The notes under the pieces: generated by a model
Seen by the model: only the letters and a program-made list of their open reading frames with translations
Databases searched by the model: none
Told to the model about the DNA's origin: nothing
Shown: positions 1-9,040 of the stretch, in pieces
How the letters are laid out: each line of letters opens with the position of its first letter
Numbering within the stretch: position 1 is the stretch's first letter
Translations under genes and position numbers: made by a program
Assembly (NCBI RefSeq): GCF_014191505.1
Contig: NZ_JACHWS010000004.1
Coordinates: 58,654-122,653 of the forward strand
DNA: 64,000 nucleotides
Origin: Hoyosella altamirensis
GTDB lineage: Bacteria; Actinomycetota; Actinomycetes; Mycobacteriales; Mycobacteriaceae
Direction: 5' to 3'

Positions 1-40
1 CTAATGAGAGAAATCTGGCACGCGCCGATAAGCTCAGTCC

Positions 41-1444
41 ATGACAGCGAGCCCGCTTCAGGGACACGGACGTCGCAACGACGAACTCGTCGGGACAGCC
101 AACAAGCCACGGCAGGTCATCTCGTGGGGCCTATGGGATGCAGGAAACTCGTCGTTCCATGCTCTGATCGTCACCTTCGTGTTCGCCGTGTACCTGGTGA
201 ACACGGTTGGTGAGAACATCACAGGCCCGTTTGCAGCGTCAACCTGGCTGGCGTGGTCGATGGCGGTCGGCGGAATCATCATCGCCGTGCTCGCGCCCGT
301 GACAGGGCAGCGATCCGATGCGACTGGGCGGCGCAAGCGAACTCTCGCGTTCCTCACCATTGGAACCGTCGTGTGCATGTTCGGCATGTTCTTTGTTCGT
401 AATAGTGAGGCGCCGTTCACCGTCAATCTGGGTTTCACCGAGTTCCAGGTTGAGTTCTATTACTTCTGGCTCGGCCTGATTCTGCTGGCGCTCGCCGCCG
501 CGTTTTCGGAACTCGCCAACGTCCCGTACTACGCGATGCTGCGTCAGGTTTCGCGTCCCGAGTCAATCGGCCGAATTTCCGGTTTTGCTTGGTCACTTGG
601 CTATTTCGGTGGGATCTTCCTGCTGCTCTTCTCATTCTTCGGTTTCATTTCCGGCGACGGTGACACTCGCGGATTCTTCGGGCTGAGTACCGACGAGGGT
701 TTCAATGTCCGCATGGTCGTGATCATGGCGGCAGTGTGGTTCGCGGTCCTTGCTGTCCCACTTTTTCTGACTATTCCCGAGTTGCCACCCGATCCGCGAG
801 CTCCCAAGCGGGCATCCATCAAGCAGTCGTATGCGAAGGTTTTCCGCGACGTGAAAACGTTGTACCGGGAGGACCGCCGCACCGTCTTGTTCCTGCTTGC
901 GCAAGGTGTTTTCCGGGACGGGCTTTCTGGGGTGTTCGCCTTCGGTGCGATTCTCGCGGTTACTGTCTACGGCATCACCGAGTCTGACGTGCTGCTGTTC
1001 GGTGCGGCGGCGAACATCGTCGCTGGTATCGGCGCGGTGTCTGCAGGCTTCTTCGACGACAAGTTCGGGCCGAAAGCGGTGATCGCGACGGGTCTGACCG
1101 CGATGATCGCGGCCGGTGTGGTGCTGCTGTTCGCTGAAGGCCCGATGATGTTCTGGATTTTTGGTCTCGTTCTCACGTTCTGGGTTGGTCCGATCCAGTC
1201 CGCTTCCCGAACTTTCCTCGTTCGTCTCACCCCACCTGGCCTGGAAGGGCAGATGTTCGGCTTGTACCTGATGGTGGGACGCGCCGTTTCGTTCCTGACA
1301 CCTGCGCTGTTCGGCCTGTTCGTGTGGCTATTCGCAGGTGACCGCTACGGCATCCTTGGCATCATTCTTGTCCTTGCCGCCGGCCTTGCGCTTTTGCTGG
1401 CAGTGAAGAAGCCCGATCAGCTTGGTGTCGGAGTCGCGCGGTAG
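41..1444 (+). CDS. MFS transporter, probably UMF1/Atg22-like subfamily; about 12 predicted TM segments
   Basis: 467-aa hydrophobic ORF. N-terminal WDAGNSSF motif resembles the UMF1-family W(Y)DxANSAF signature. Start may be an internal GTG. Confidence 0.6.
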   Translation: MTASPLQGHGRRNDELVGTANKPRQVISWGLWDAGNSSFHALIVTFVFAVYLVNTVGENITGPFAASTWLAWSMAVGGIIIAVLAPVTGQRSDATGRRKRTLAFLTIGTVVCMFGMFFVRNSEAPFTVNLGFTEFQVEFYYFWLGLILLALAAAFSELANVPYYAMLRQVSRPESIGRISGFAWSLGYFGGIFLLLFSFFGFISGDGDTRGFFGLSTDEGFNVRMVVIMAAVWFAVLAVPLFLTIPELPPDPRAPKRASIKQSYAKVFRDVKTLYREDRRTVLFLLAQGVFRDGLSGVFAFGAILAVTVYGITESDVLLFGAAANIVAGIGAVSAGFFDDKFGPKAVIATGLTAMIAAGVVLLFAEGPMMFWIFGLVLTFWVGPIQSASRTFLVRLTPPGLEGQMFGLYLMVGRAVSFLTPALFGLFVWLFAGDRYGILGIILVLAAGLALLLAVKKPDQLGVGVAR

Positions 1445-1504
1445 GCGGCGATCAGACTTTCCTGGGGAAACGTCACCAGCGTGTAATACAGCATCACTAG
1501 ATTC

Positions 1505-2866
1505 ATGACTATGGCGGTGACGAAGGTAATCCGGGGCGCTCGGATCGTGACAATGGACCCCCAGCGGCGTGAGCTGTCGGGCAGTGTCGTCATCGAGGGC
1601 AACCTCATCACCGCGGTAGGTGACGAGCCTGAACTGCCCGACCGTGTCACCGTCATCGACGGACGTGGCTGCGTGCTCACGCCTGGGCTCGTTAATACGC
1701 ATCATCATCTATATCAGTGGCTGACGCGTGGGCACGCGGTGGACCAGGACCTGTTCAACTGGCTCGTCGCGTTGTATCCGGTGTGGAAGGGTGTCGACCC
1801 GGACATGGTGTACACAGCTGCTGTCGCGTCGCTTGCGCAGCTCGCGCAGACCGGATGCACCTCGACGACGGACCATCATTACGTGTTTCCCAAAGGGCAA
1901 TCTGGAGACATTCTCGGCAGTGAAATCACCGCTGCCGCAGCAGTTGGCATGCGATTCCACCCGACGCGTGGCTCCATGGATCTCGGCCGCAGCGACGGTG
2001 GTTTGCCCCCAGATGAAATCGTCCAGTCGACGGACGAGATTCTCGAGGCGAGTGAAAAGGCCATCGCCGAGTGGCACGACCCCTCACCGGCGTCGATGCT
2101 GCGGATCGGTCTCGCGCCTTGCTCACCGTTCTCTGCCAGTGCGGACCTGATGCGCGAATCTGCTGTGCTTGCGCGCGAACGGAGCGTGCGGCTGCACACT
2201 CACCTCGCGGAGACAGCGGCGGAGGTCGAGTTCTGCAAGACGCACCTCGGCGGAAGTCCACTTGAGTATGTCGCGGACCTGGGCTGGACCGGTCCGGACG
2301 TGTGGTTCGCGCATGCCATCCATCTGGATGACGATGCGATCGCAATGATGGCTGAAACGGGCACGTCCATAGCCCACTGTCCGACGTCGAACGCCCGTCT
2401 CGGCGCGGGCATAGCGCGCGTCCGGGACCTCCTTCACGCCGGTGTGCACGTGGGGCTCGGTGTGGATGGTGCCGCGAGCAACGAAGGCACCTCGATGGTC
2501 GAAGAGTTGCGGCACGCTCTGCTCTTCGCGCGCGCACGCGACGGCGCTGATGCGATGACCGCGCGGCAGGCTCTCGAGCTGGGAACGATCGGGGGCGCTG
2601 CGGTCCTGGGCAGATCGAGCGAACTCGGATCAATCGAGCCGGGCAAGCTGGCGGATTTGGCGTTGTGGCGAATCGACGGCCTCGCTCACTCCGGTATCGA
2701 CGATCCGGTTGTCGCGCTAGTCATGGGCGCCCCGCCGCTCGTCGAAAGGCTCATCGTCGATGGCCGTGTCATCGTGGAAGAAGGCAACGTGGTCACCGCT
2801 GATGCCGAGAAAGCGGCGAAGGTGGTGCTCACCGCACAGCGCGTTCTCGGGCAGCGGACGGGGTGA
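1505..2866 (+). CDS. Amidohydrolase-superfamily deaminase, 8-oxoguanine deaminase / guanine deaminase-like (AtzA/TrzA/SsnA subfamily)
   Basis: 453 aa. GLVNTHHHLYQ metal-binding HxH motif and later His/Asp ligands typical of this subfamily. Sits immediately upstream of the XDH genes. Confidence 0.65.
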   Translation: MTMAVTKVIRGARIVTMDPQRRELSGSVVIEGNLITAVGDEPELPDRVTVIDGRGCVLTPGLVNTHHHLYQWLTRGHAVDQDLFNWLVALYPVWKGVDPDMVYTAAVASLAQLAQTGCTSTTDHHYVFPKGQSGDILGSEITAAAAVGMRFHPTRGSMDLGRSDGGLPPDEIVQSTDEILEASEKAIAEWHDPSPASMLRIGLAPCSPFSASADLMRESAVLARERSVRLHTHLAETAAEVEFCKTHLGGSPLEYVADLGWTGPDVWFAHAIHLDDDAIAMMAETGTSIAHCPTSNARLGAGIARVRDLLHAGVHVGLGVDGAASNEGTSMVEELRHALLFARARDGADAMTARQALELGTIGGAAVLGRSSELGSIEPGKLADLALWRIDGLAHSGIDDPVVALVMGAPPLVERLIVDGRVIVEEGNVVTADAEKAAKVVLTAQRVLGQRTG

Positions 2867-2870
2867 CGTA

Positions 2871-3671
2871 GTGGATTTGCCGACAATCGAAGCGGTTGTG
2901 ACCGCGCGTTCTCGTGACGACCTGCGCGGAATGGCGCAGGGCGACGGCATAGTCGCGGGTGGCACATGGATATTCTCCGAACCGCAGAACCATCTGACAC
3001 GGCTGGTCGACCTGACAACAATGGGCTGGACGCCGCTGACAGTCACCCCCGGGGACGCTGAGGGTCTCGAAATCGCCGCGACCTGCACAATCGAAGAGCT
3101 GATCTCGTACCAGTACCCGCGGGACTGGGTCGCGACCGCACTGTTCCGCCAATGCGCGGAGTCGCTTCTGGCCTCGTTCAAGGTGTGGAAAGCAGCGACC
3201 GTCGGGGGCAACATCTGTATGGGATTGCCTGCTGGATCGATGATTTCGCTCACCGCCGCTCTTGATGCGACGCTGCTCATCTGGTGTCCTGATGGTTCGG
3301 AACGGACGTCGTCGGTACTGGACTTCGTCGTGGGTGACAACCGCACCACCCTGCGGTCCGGTGAGGTGCTGCGCAGTATCCACATCCCTGCGGCGGCATT
3401 ACGGAGTCGCGCAGTTCTGCGTCGTATTTCACTCGCGCCTCTTGGACGTTCCGGATCACTGGTGATTGCCCGTGTGACGGCGAGCGGTCCGCAGATCTGT
3501 GTATCGGGCGCGACTGACCGGCCGTACATCGTTCCCGCGAGCATGTCCCTTTACGAGGCGATTCCGGAGACCGCCTGGTACACGGACGCGCACGGCACGG
3601 CCGACTGGCGCCGGAGCGTCACAGCACTGCTCGTGGAAGAGTCGCTGGCTGAGATCGGCAGTCCCACATGA
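2871..3671 (+). CDS. Xanthine dehydrogenase / CO-dehydrogenase family FAD-binding subunit (CoxM/XdhB-like)
   Basis: The ORF track begins at 2760, overlapping the deaminase. An in-frame GTG at 2871 directly follows the upstream stop. Sequence (VVDLPTIEAVVTARSRDDL...GGTWIF) matches the FAD-binding molybdopterin-dehydrogenase subunit. Its stop overlaps the next gene (ATGA at 3668). Confidence 0.7.
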   Translation: MDLPTIEAVVTARSRDDLRGMAQGDGIVAGGTWIFSEPQNHLTRLVDLTTMGWTPLTVTPGDAEGLEIAATCTIEELISYQYPRDWVATALFRQCAESLLASFKVWKAATVGGNICMGLPAGSMISLTAALDATLLIWCPDGSERTSSVLDFVVGDNRTTLRSGEVLRSIHIPAAALRSRAVLRRISLAPLGRSGSLVIARVTASGPQICVSGATDRPYIVPASMSLYEAIPETAWYTDAHGTADWRRSVTALLVEESLAEIGSPT

Positions 3672-6307
3672 TTACCGTCAATGGATCTGTCGCGCCCGAC
3701 GAGCCAAAGCCGGGGCAGTGTCTGCGCAGCTTCCTGCGTGAACAGCACTGCTTCGACGTCAAGAAGGGCTGTGACGCGGGCGACTGCGGCGCCTGCACAG
3801 TGCTAGTCGACGGTGACCCCGTGCATTCCTGCATCACACCTGCTTACCGCGTAGCGGGCAAGGATGTCGTGACCGCGTCCGGTCTTGATCATCCGATCCA
3901 GCAGCAATTCGTCGATGCGATGGCTTTCCAGTGCGGATACTGCACTCCCGGCATGGTGGTGACCGGAAGCGCGCTCACAGATCAGCAGCGCAACGACCTG
4001 CCCAGTGCGCTGAAGGGAAACTTGTGCCGCTGCACTGGATATCGATCCATCAGCGCCGCCTTCGCCGGCGAGAAAACGGAATCGGTGCGCCCGCCCGCAG
4101 CGGATCGGGTGGTCCGCGGAACGGAGCCGTACACACTCGACACCCAGGTCGAGGGGCTCTTGCATGTTGCTGTTCTCGGCAGTCCCCACCCGCATGCGAG
4201 GATCACGCGGATCGACACGTCGCGTGCCCAGATGATGCCGGGCGTGGTCACGGTTCTGACGCATACCGATAGTCCCGCAACGAAGTACTCGAGTGCGCGC
4301 CACCACTTCTATACCGACGACCCGGAGGACGCGACGGTGTTCGACCGCGTCGTCCGTCACGTCGGCCAGCGGGTTGCAGCCGTTGTCGCCGAGTCGAGCA
4401 TTCAGGCTCAGCGCGCGTGCGCGGCAATCGACGTCGAGTATGAGCTTCTCCCGGCAGTTTTTGACGCTGAACGGGCAACGGCAGCGGATGCTCCTGTCCT
4501 GCACCCTGATGTCTCACAGCTCAACATTGTCGCGGAACTGCACGGAGAGACCGGTGATGTTGCCGCCGCCGTCGCTCGGGCTGAGAGCGACGGTGCTGTC
4601 GTTAGCGGCGTGTGGCGCACGGCGCGCGTGCAGCACGTCCACATGGAGACTCACGCAAGCATCGGCTGGATCGACGCCAACGATCGGCTGGTCATCCGGA
4701 CGAGCAGTCAGGTGCCGTTTCTGACTCGCGATGAGCTAGCCCGCATTTTTGGCCGTCCCAAGGAATCGATCCGTGTCTTCACCGCTCGCGTAGGCGGAGG
4801 ATTCGGTGCGAAGCAAGAAATGTTCACGGAAGATGTTGTTGCCCTTGCAGTCTTGAAGACGCGACGACCGGTGCAATATGAATACACTCGCTCTGAGGAG
4901 TTTTACCGGGCGGCGTGCCGGCATCCGATGCGGATCAGGGTGACAGCCGCAGCGGACGAGATTGGCACGCTCACAGCATTATCGGTGGATGTGCTGTCCG
5001 ACGCTGGCGCCTACGGGAATCACAGTCCCGGCGTGATGTTCCACGGCTGCAGTGAGTCCGTTGCGCAGTACCGCTGCGAAAACAAACGTGTTGACGCCCT
5101 CGCTGTCTATACGAACAACCCGCCATCGGGCGCGTTTCGCGGTTACGGACTGGGGCAGTTGATGTTCGGGATCGAGAGTGCACTCGACGACCTCGCGCGA
5201 AAACTCGGGATCGATCCGTTCGAGTTCCGCCGCCGCAACGTCGTCCGTCCCGGTGATGCTTTTGTGGATGCTGCGCTGCACGAGGATGACCTGACGTTCG
5301 GGAGCTACGGATTCGATCAGTGTCTTGACCTCGCAGAGGCGGCGCTGCGTCGCGAACCAGTGCCCGACGTGCCGCGGCATGTTCGGGTGGGCGAGGGCAT
5401 GGCTGCATCAATGATCGCGACTATTCCCCCGCGCGGGCACATCGCTCACGCAACGGTGGCTCTTGACGAAACCGGTGGCGTGACAGTGCGAGTGGGTACC
5501 GCAGAATTCGGGAACGGCACGACCACAGTGCATGCACAACTCGCTGCGCGCGTGCTGGGGATTGCTGTCGCTGATGTACGGATCCTGCAGTCAGATACTG
5601 ACCTGGTTGAGCATGACACCGGTGCATTCGGGTCAGCAGGCATCGTGGTCGCCGGAAAGGCGGTATACGACGCGGCACGCGGTCTTGCTGCGCGAATTCG
5701 TGCTGTCGCTCGGGACCTGACGAGTCCGAACGTCTCGGAAGACCTCAGGCTCGAAGGCGGCGTCGTGGTGTGTGGCGGGCGGGAGGTCCAGTTTAGCGAG
5801 ATCGCCGCGCACGCCGGTCCACTGGAGGCATCCGCTCAGCACGACGGGACGCCCAGGTCTGTCGCGTTCAACGTGCACGCATTCCGGGTTGCCGTCGACA
5901 CCCGAACCGGTGTGGTTGACATCCTTAAGTCTGTGCACAGCGCGGACGCGGGCACGGTGCTCAATCAGGAACAATGCCGAGCGCAGATCGAAGGAGGTGT
6001 AGCGCAGGCGCTGGGCTCAGCACTGTGGGAAGAAATCCCGGTGCAGGACGGTGAACCCCAGGTCAGCACACTGCGCAACTATCACATTCCGCAGTATGCC
6101 GATGTTCCGGAGACCGAGGTGTATTTCGCCGATACCTACGATGATCTGGGCCCACTTGGTGCGAAGTCGATGAGCGAATCGCCCTACAATCCCGTCGCGC
6201 CAGCGCTTGCCAATGCCATTCGTGACGCCGTGGGAGTGCGGATGCGCGAGCTGCCAATGAACGCGGTGCGCGTGTGGCGAGCGATTGCCACAGTCCAGAA
6301 ATACTGA
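3668..6307 (+). CDS. Xanthine dehydrogenase family protein, fused [2Fe-2S] ferredoxin-like small subunit plus molybdopterin-binding large subunit
   Basis: 879 aa. N-terminus carries the plant-type and second Fe-S cysteine clusters (CGACTV, CGYCTPG, CRCTGY), followed by the aldehyde-oxidase/XDH hammerhead and Moco-binding domains. Confidence 0.8.
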   Translation: MITVNGSVAPDEPKPGQCLRSFLREQHCFDVKKGCDAGDCGACTVLVDGDPVHSCITPAYRVAGKDVVTASGLDHPIQQQFVDAMAFQCGYCTPGMVVTGSALTDQQRNDLPSALKGNLCRCTGYRSISAAFAGEKTESVRPPAADRVVRGTEPYTLDTQVEGLLHVAVLGSPHPHARITRIDTSRAQMMPGVVTVLTHTDSPATKYSSARHHFYTDDPEDATVFDRVVRHVGQRVAAVVAESSIQAQRACAAIDVEYELLPAVFDAERATAADAPVLHPDVSQLNIVAELHGETGDVAAAVARAESDGAVVSGVWRTARVQHVHMETHASIGWIDANDRLVIRTSSQVPFLTRDELARIFGRPKESIRVFTARVGGGFGAKQEMFTEDVVALAVLKTRRPVQYEYTRSEEFYRAACRHPMRIRVTAAADEIGTLTALSVDVLSDAGAYGNHSPGVMFHGCSESVAQYRCENKRVDALAVYTNNPPSGAFRGYGLGQLMFGIESALDDLARKLGIDPFEFRRRNVVRPGDAFVDAALHEDDLTFGSYGFDQCLDLAEAALRREPVPDVPRHVRVGEGMAASMIATIPPRGHIAHATVALDETGGVTVRVGTAEFGNGTTTVHAQLAARVLGIAVADVRILQSDTDLVEHDTGAFGSAGIVVAGKAVYDAARGLAARIRAVARDLTSPNVSEDLRLEGGVVVCGGREVQFSEIAAHAGPLEASAQHDGTPRSVAFNVHAFRVAVDTRTGVVDILKSVHSADAGTVLNQEQCRAQIEGGVAQALGSALWEEIPVQDGEPQVSTLRNYHIPQYADVPETEVYFADTYDDLGPLGAKSMSESPYNPVAPALANAIRDAVGVRMRELPMNAVRVWRAIATVQKY

Positions 6308-6605
6308 CAAGGCTGCATGAGAGGCGAGTCAGATGAGCTCGCCGGCACCGACAAGGTAGCTGGCTGGGGAAGGGGAGTTGGGCTGCGGGTGATTTCTTGT
6401 CGTGGTAATCGGTGAGGGGGCTACGACATCGCTCGACGAACAACACGCTTAGCGCCGGATTCTGGTGAATGCTACCTACTGCAACGCTCGCGTCGGCGTC
6501 GGCGTCGGCGGCGAGCTCAGCGGCAAGGGCTCGGCCGGTTTAGTGTGGTGTCTCGGCAGGATCTGGAGCGCTAGCCGGGTACCGCATTGGCGCTGCTGCG
6601 GCTTC

Positions 6606-6644
6606 GGAGCTTCCCCTCCGCACTGGCCGCGGAGGGGAAGCTCC
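6606..6644. terminator. Bidirectional intrinsic-terminator-like hairpin between convergent XDH and tipA-like genes
   Basis: Perfect 16-bp stem GGAGCTTCCCCTCCGC / GCGGAGGGGAAGCTCC with a 7-nt loop. A second small CCGGG-ATA-CCCGG hairpin follows at about 6651-6663. Confidence 0.5.
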
Positions 6645-6677
6645 ATTATCCGGGATACCCGGGTTCCGGGCCGAGGA

Positions 6678-7448
6678 CTATTCGCCGAGCCGCTCGTCCG
6701 CGTAGACGACCATCGCGTCCCGCTGATACTCGGCCAGGCCTTCGGCGATCTCCTCGTAGTTCGCCTTGAACCGCTCGTTATCCACATACATCTGCCCCAG
6801 GCATTTGTACGCGTCCCGGTTGGGGGTCCACATGCGGCATATGCCCTGGTATTGCAGGTGGATCTCTGCCTGGACCGCCAGGTCACCGACCGGGGTTCCT
6901 GCGGCCATGAACTCGGCCATACGGATCATCGCCGCGGTCAGCTCACGCTGCATACGCTCGACGTCCTCGGAGGTCATTGTTGCGGTGTTGCGCTGAGACT
7001 GCTCGAACTCCTCCGGCCAGCGTTCGCGGGCCTCGTCGTCGAACTGCGTGTGGTCGAAGCCCTCGAACAGGTTCTCCGGGCGGTTGATCTTGACTGTCAT
7101 ATCCGTCTTCCCTTCGAGTTCGGCGATGGTGTGCGCCACGGTGTCGGCCATCCGCGTCAGTCGGTTGCGCTCTCCAATGAGGCGGACGTGCTGGCGTTTG
7201 AGGGCGGCGAGCGTGTCCGGCTCGGAGTCCACCGCCTCGGCGATCTCGGCGAGGCCCAGGCCGAGTTCGCGCAGGACGAGGATCTGCTGCAACCGCAGCA
7301 GTTGCGCATCCTCGTAGTAGCGGTAGCCGTTGGTGCCCACGTGGGCGGGCGCGAGCAATCCGATGTCGTCGTAATGCCGCAAGGTGCGGGCGGTGACGCC
7401 CGACATCCTCGCCACATCCGCGATCGACCAGCTCATGGTGCTTCCCAT
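6678..7448 (-). CDS. MerR-family transcriptional regulator, TipAL-like (N-terminal HTH plus C-terminal TipAS antibiotic-binding domain)
   Basis: 256 aa starting MSWSIADVARMSGVTARTLRHYDDIGLL, the classic MerR HTH. C-terminal region resembles TipAS/Mta-type multidrug-binding domains. Confidence 0.8.
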   Translation of the reverse strand: MGSTMSWSIADVARMSGVTARTLRHYDDIGLLAPAHVGTNGYRYYEDAQLLRLQQILVLRELGLGLAEIAEAVDSEPDTLAALKRQHVRLIGERNRLTRMADTVAHTIAELEGKTDMTVKINRPENLFEGFDHTQFDDEARERWPEEFEQSQRNTATMTSEDVERMQRELTAAMIRMAEFMAAGTPVGDLAVQAEIHLQYQGICRMWTPNRDAYKCLGQMYVDNERFKANYEEIAEGLAEYQRDAMVVYADERLGE

Positions 7449-8047
7449 CTTCCGTGAGGCCGGTCCGTCCGGCCTCGTCTTCGACCGTAAAAGTTGCCGT
7501 TACGTGAAGGTCAAGCAGAATGCGCCGGATCAGCTGAGAATTCGGTTCGCCCGCCGCATCGTCGCTGATGACGACCACAGACTCCTCATCCCGTCGGCAC
7601 CGACCCCCCGGACGTCGACACCATCGCGGGCCGCCGTCGAGTTTCAAGAGATCCCCGGCCGCTACCGCATCATCCAGGGAGTAGCCCGATGTCACCTGTC
7701 GCGGCGACGCGAAGCCGGGTCGGTGGCCGCCTGCCGACTCGGCCGACACCCTGGTGTACTTCGCGAAGCCGCGCACCTAGGAGTGCCCGGACAGCGCCAT
7801 CCGCATCGGCGTGAACGGCGCCGGTCTCAGCGGCGTGGGTGAGCTTGCTGTGTCGCAACTGGTGGGCGCGGACGAGCGCAACGACGTCCTTACCTACATT
7901 TGTTTTTACGGTGGGGCCTTAACCTGCTCGACCCTGTCTGGATGAATCACTGCGCGATCACGCTGCGTCACTCGTCGCCTAACCGCTAATGCTGTGGGAT
8001 GGCGGCATAGACCGAGGTTTGGCGAGTAGTTGCCCGTCGCTGCGGTT

Positions 8048-8482
8048 CTACGCTGATTCGCAGGCACACCCGTGCACGGGATCGTCGGCTAGCAACTCGG
8101 CGTTTGTACCGAATTTTTCGGTGTCGGCGAGCACGGTGTACACCTCCCACTTTTCACCGCCGGGACCGGTGACCCACACCTTGTCCTGTGTGGCGTAGCA
8201 GCACGTCGTGCCGATTTGTTCTTCAGTGAAGAAGCCCGCCTCGCTGAGTCGGTCGATTTCGCTGTGCACTTTGTCGCTCGATTCCACCTCGACGCCGAGA
8301 TGGTTGAGCGTGCCACCGCTGCCGGGATTCTCGATCAGCACAAGTTTGAGGGGCGGTTCCGCGACAGCGAAGTTTGCATAACCCGGCTTGCGTTTAGCGG
8401 GGCTGGTGCCGAAGAGCTTCGAGTAGAACGCCACCGCGACGTCGATGTCGTCAACGTTGAGTGCGAGCTGGATGCGTGACAT
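8048..8482 (-). CDS. cadI: Cadmium-induced protein CadI / ArsI-like glyoxalase-bleomycin-resistance (VOC) family protein
   Basis: 144 aa. VOC fold with a C-terminal Cys-rich tail (TTCCY...HGCACESA) as in mycobacterial CadI. Divergent from an ArsR-family gene. Confidence 0.7.
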   Translation of the reverse strand: MSRIQLALNVDDIDVAVAFYSKLFGTSPAKRKPGYANFAVAEPPLKLVLIENPGSGGTLNHLGVEVESSDKVHSEIDRLSEAGFFTEEQIGTTCCYATQDKVWVTGPGGEKWEVYTVLADTEKFGTNAELLADDPVHGCACESA

Positions 8483-8502
8483 AACAGAACCTCCACCTGT
8501 GA

Positions 8503-8516
8503 GACATATGTCAAAT
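8503..8516. promoter_or_regulatory. Putative ArsR-family operator in the cadI/arsR divergent promoter; an imperfect second copy lies at about 8548-8561
   Basis: GACATATGTC is a perfect 10-bp palindrome. The core ATATGTCAA recurs 40 bp downstream (CGATATATGTCAAG) and a third ACATGTCAA sits at 8972-8980. Confidence 0.35.
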
Positions 8517-8581
8517 TACTTGGACAAGGTCGATCCTCCCACCTTTTCGATATATGTCAAGAAGTCTGGCACTATGGGATT

Positions 8582-8941
8582 ATGCCCAAGGCCTTGCCCG
8601 TTGTTGATATGTCTAGACCGGTGTGCTGCGACCCTGTCGCTGCTCGCGCCATCAGCGACGAAGACGCACTGCACGTGGCACTCCGGCTGAAGTCACTCGC
8701 GGACCCTGCGCGTGTGAAACTCCTGTCGCTGCTGCTCACCAGCCCCGACGGCGCGGAATGCACCTGCGATCTCGCCACTGCGGTCGGTCTGAGTGAGTCC
8801 ACCGTGAGTCACCACCTGGGTCAGCTCCGCCGCGCTGGACTCACCGAATCGGAGCGGCGAGGCATGAACGTCTACCACCGGGTACGGAGAGAGTCACTGG
8901 CTGCGCTGTGCTTCGTACTGGACCCGAACTGCTGCGGGTGA
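8582..8941 (+). CDS. ArsR/SmtB-family metalloregulatory transcriptional repressor
   Basis: 119 aa. Winged-HTH ESTVSHHLGQLRRAGL. N-terminal CC pair and C-terminal CC pair are plausible metal ligands. Possible alternative start at the internal Met (MSRPVCC). Confidence 0.8.
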   Translation: MPKALPVVDMSRPVCCDPVAARAISDEDALHVALRLKSLADPARVKLLSLLLTSPDGAECTCDLATAVGLSESTVSHHLGQLRRAGLTESERRGMNVYHRVRRESLAALCFVLDPNCCG

Positions 8942-8958
8942 CGCCGTGCCTCTCAGCA

Positions 8959-9030
8959 CAAATCCATCTGCACATGTCAACAGAATGGCCCCCTGGGGAG
9001 CGTTTCCGTTTACCTGCGCAGATGGATTTG
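8959..9030. repeat. 13-bp perfect inverted repeat CAAATCCATCTGC ... GCAGATGGATTTG with a 46-nt spacer between the convergent arsR and racemase genes
   Basis: The spacer holds a third ACATGTCAA operator-like motif and a CCCCCTGGGG mini-palindrome. Could be a bidirectional terminator or a regulatory structure. Confidence 0.35.
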
Positions 9031-9040
9031 CCAATCGGCA

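Noticed and set aside
6465-7457. 330-aa + strand ORF, and the 277-aa minus-strand ORF at 6943-7776, overlapping the tipA-like gene
   Set aside because: They lie antisense to or out of frame with a well-supported MerR gene, have no motifs, and show the Arg/Pro/Gly-rich composition typical of spurious high-GC ORFs.
8066-8077. Perfect palindrome CCCGTGCACGGG considered as a cadI terminator
   Set aside because: It lies inside the cadI coding sequence, where it encodes the HGCAC metal-binding tail, and is not downstream of the stop.
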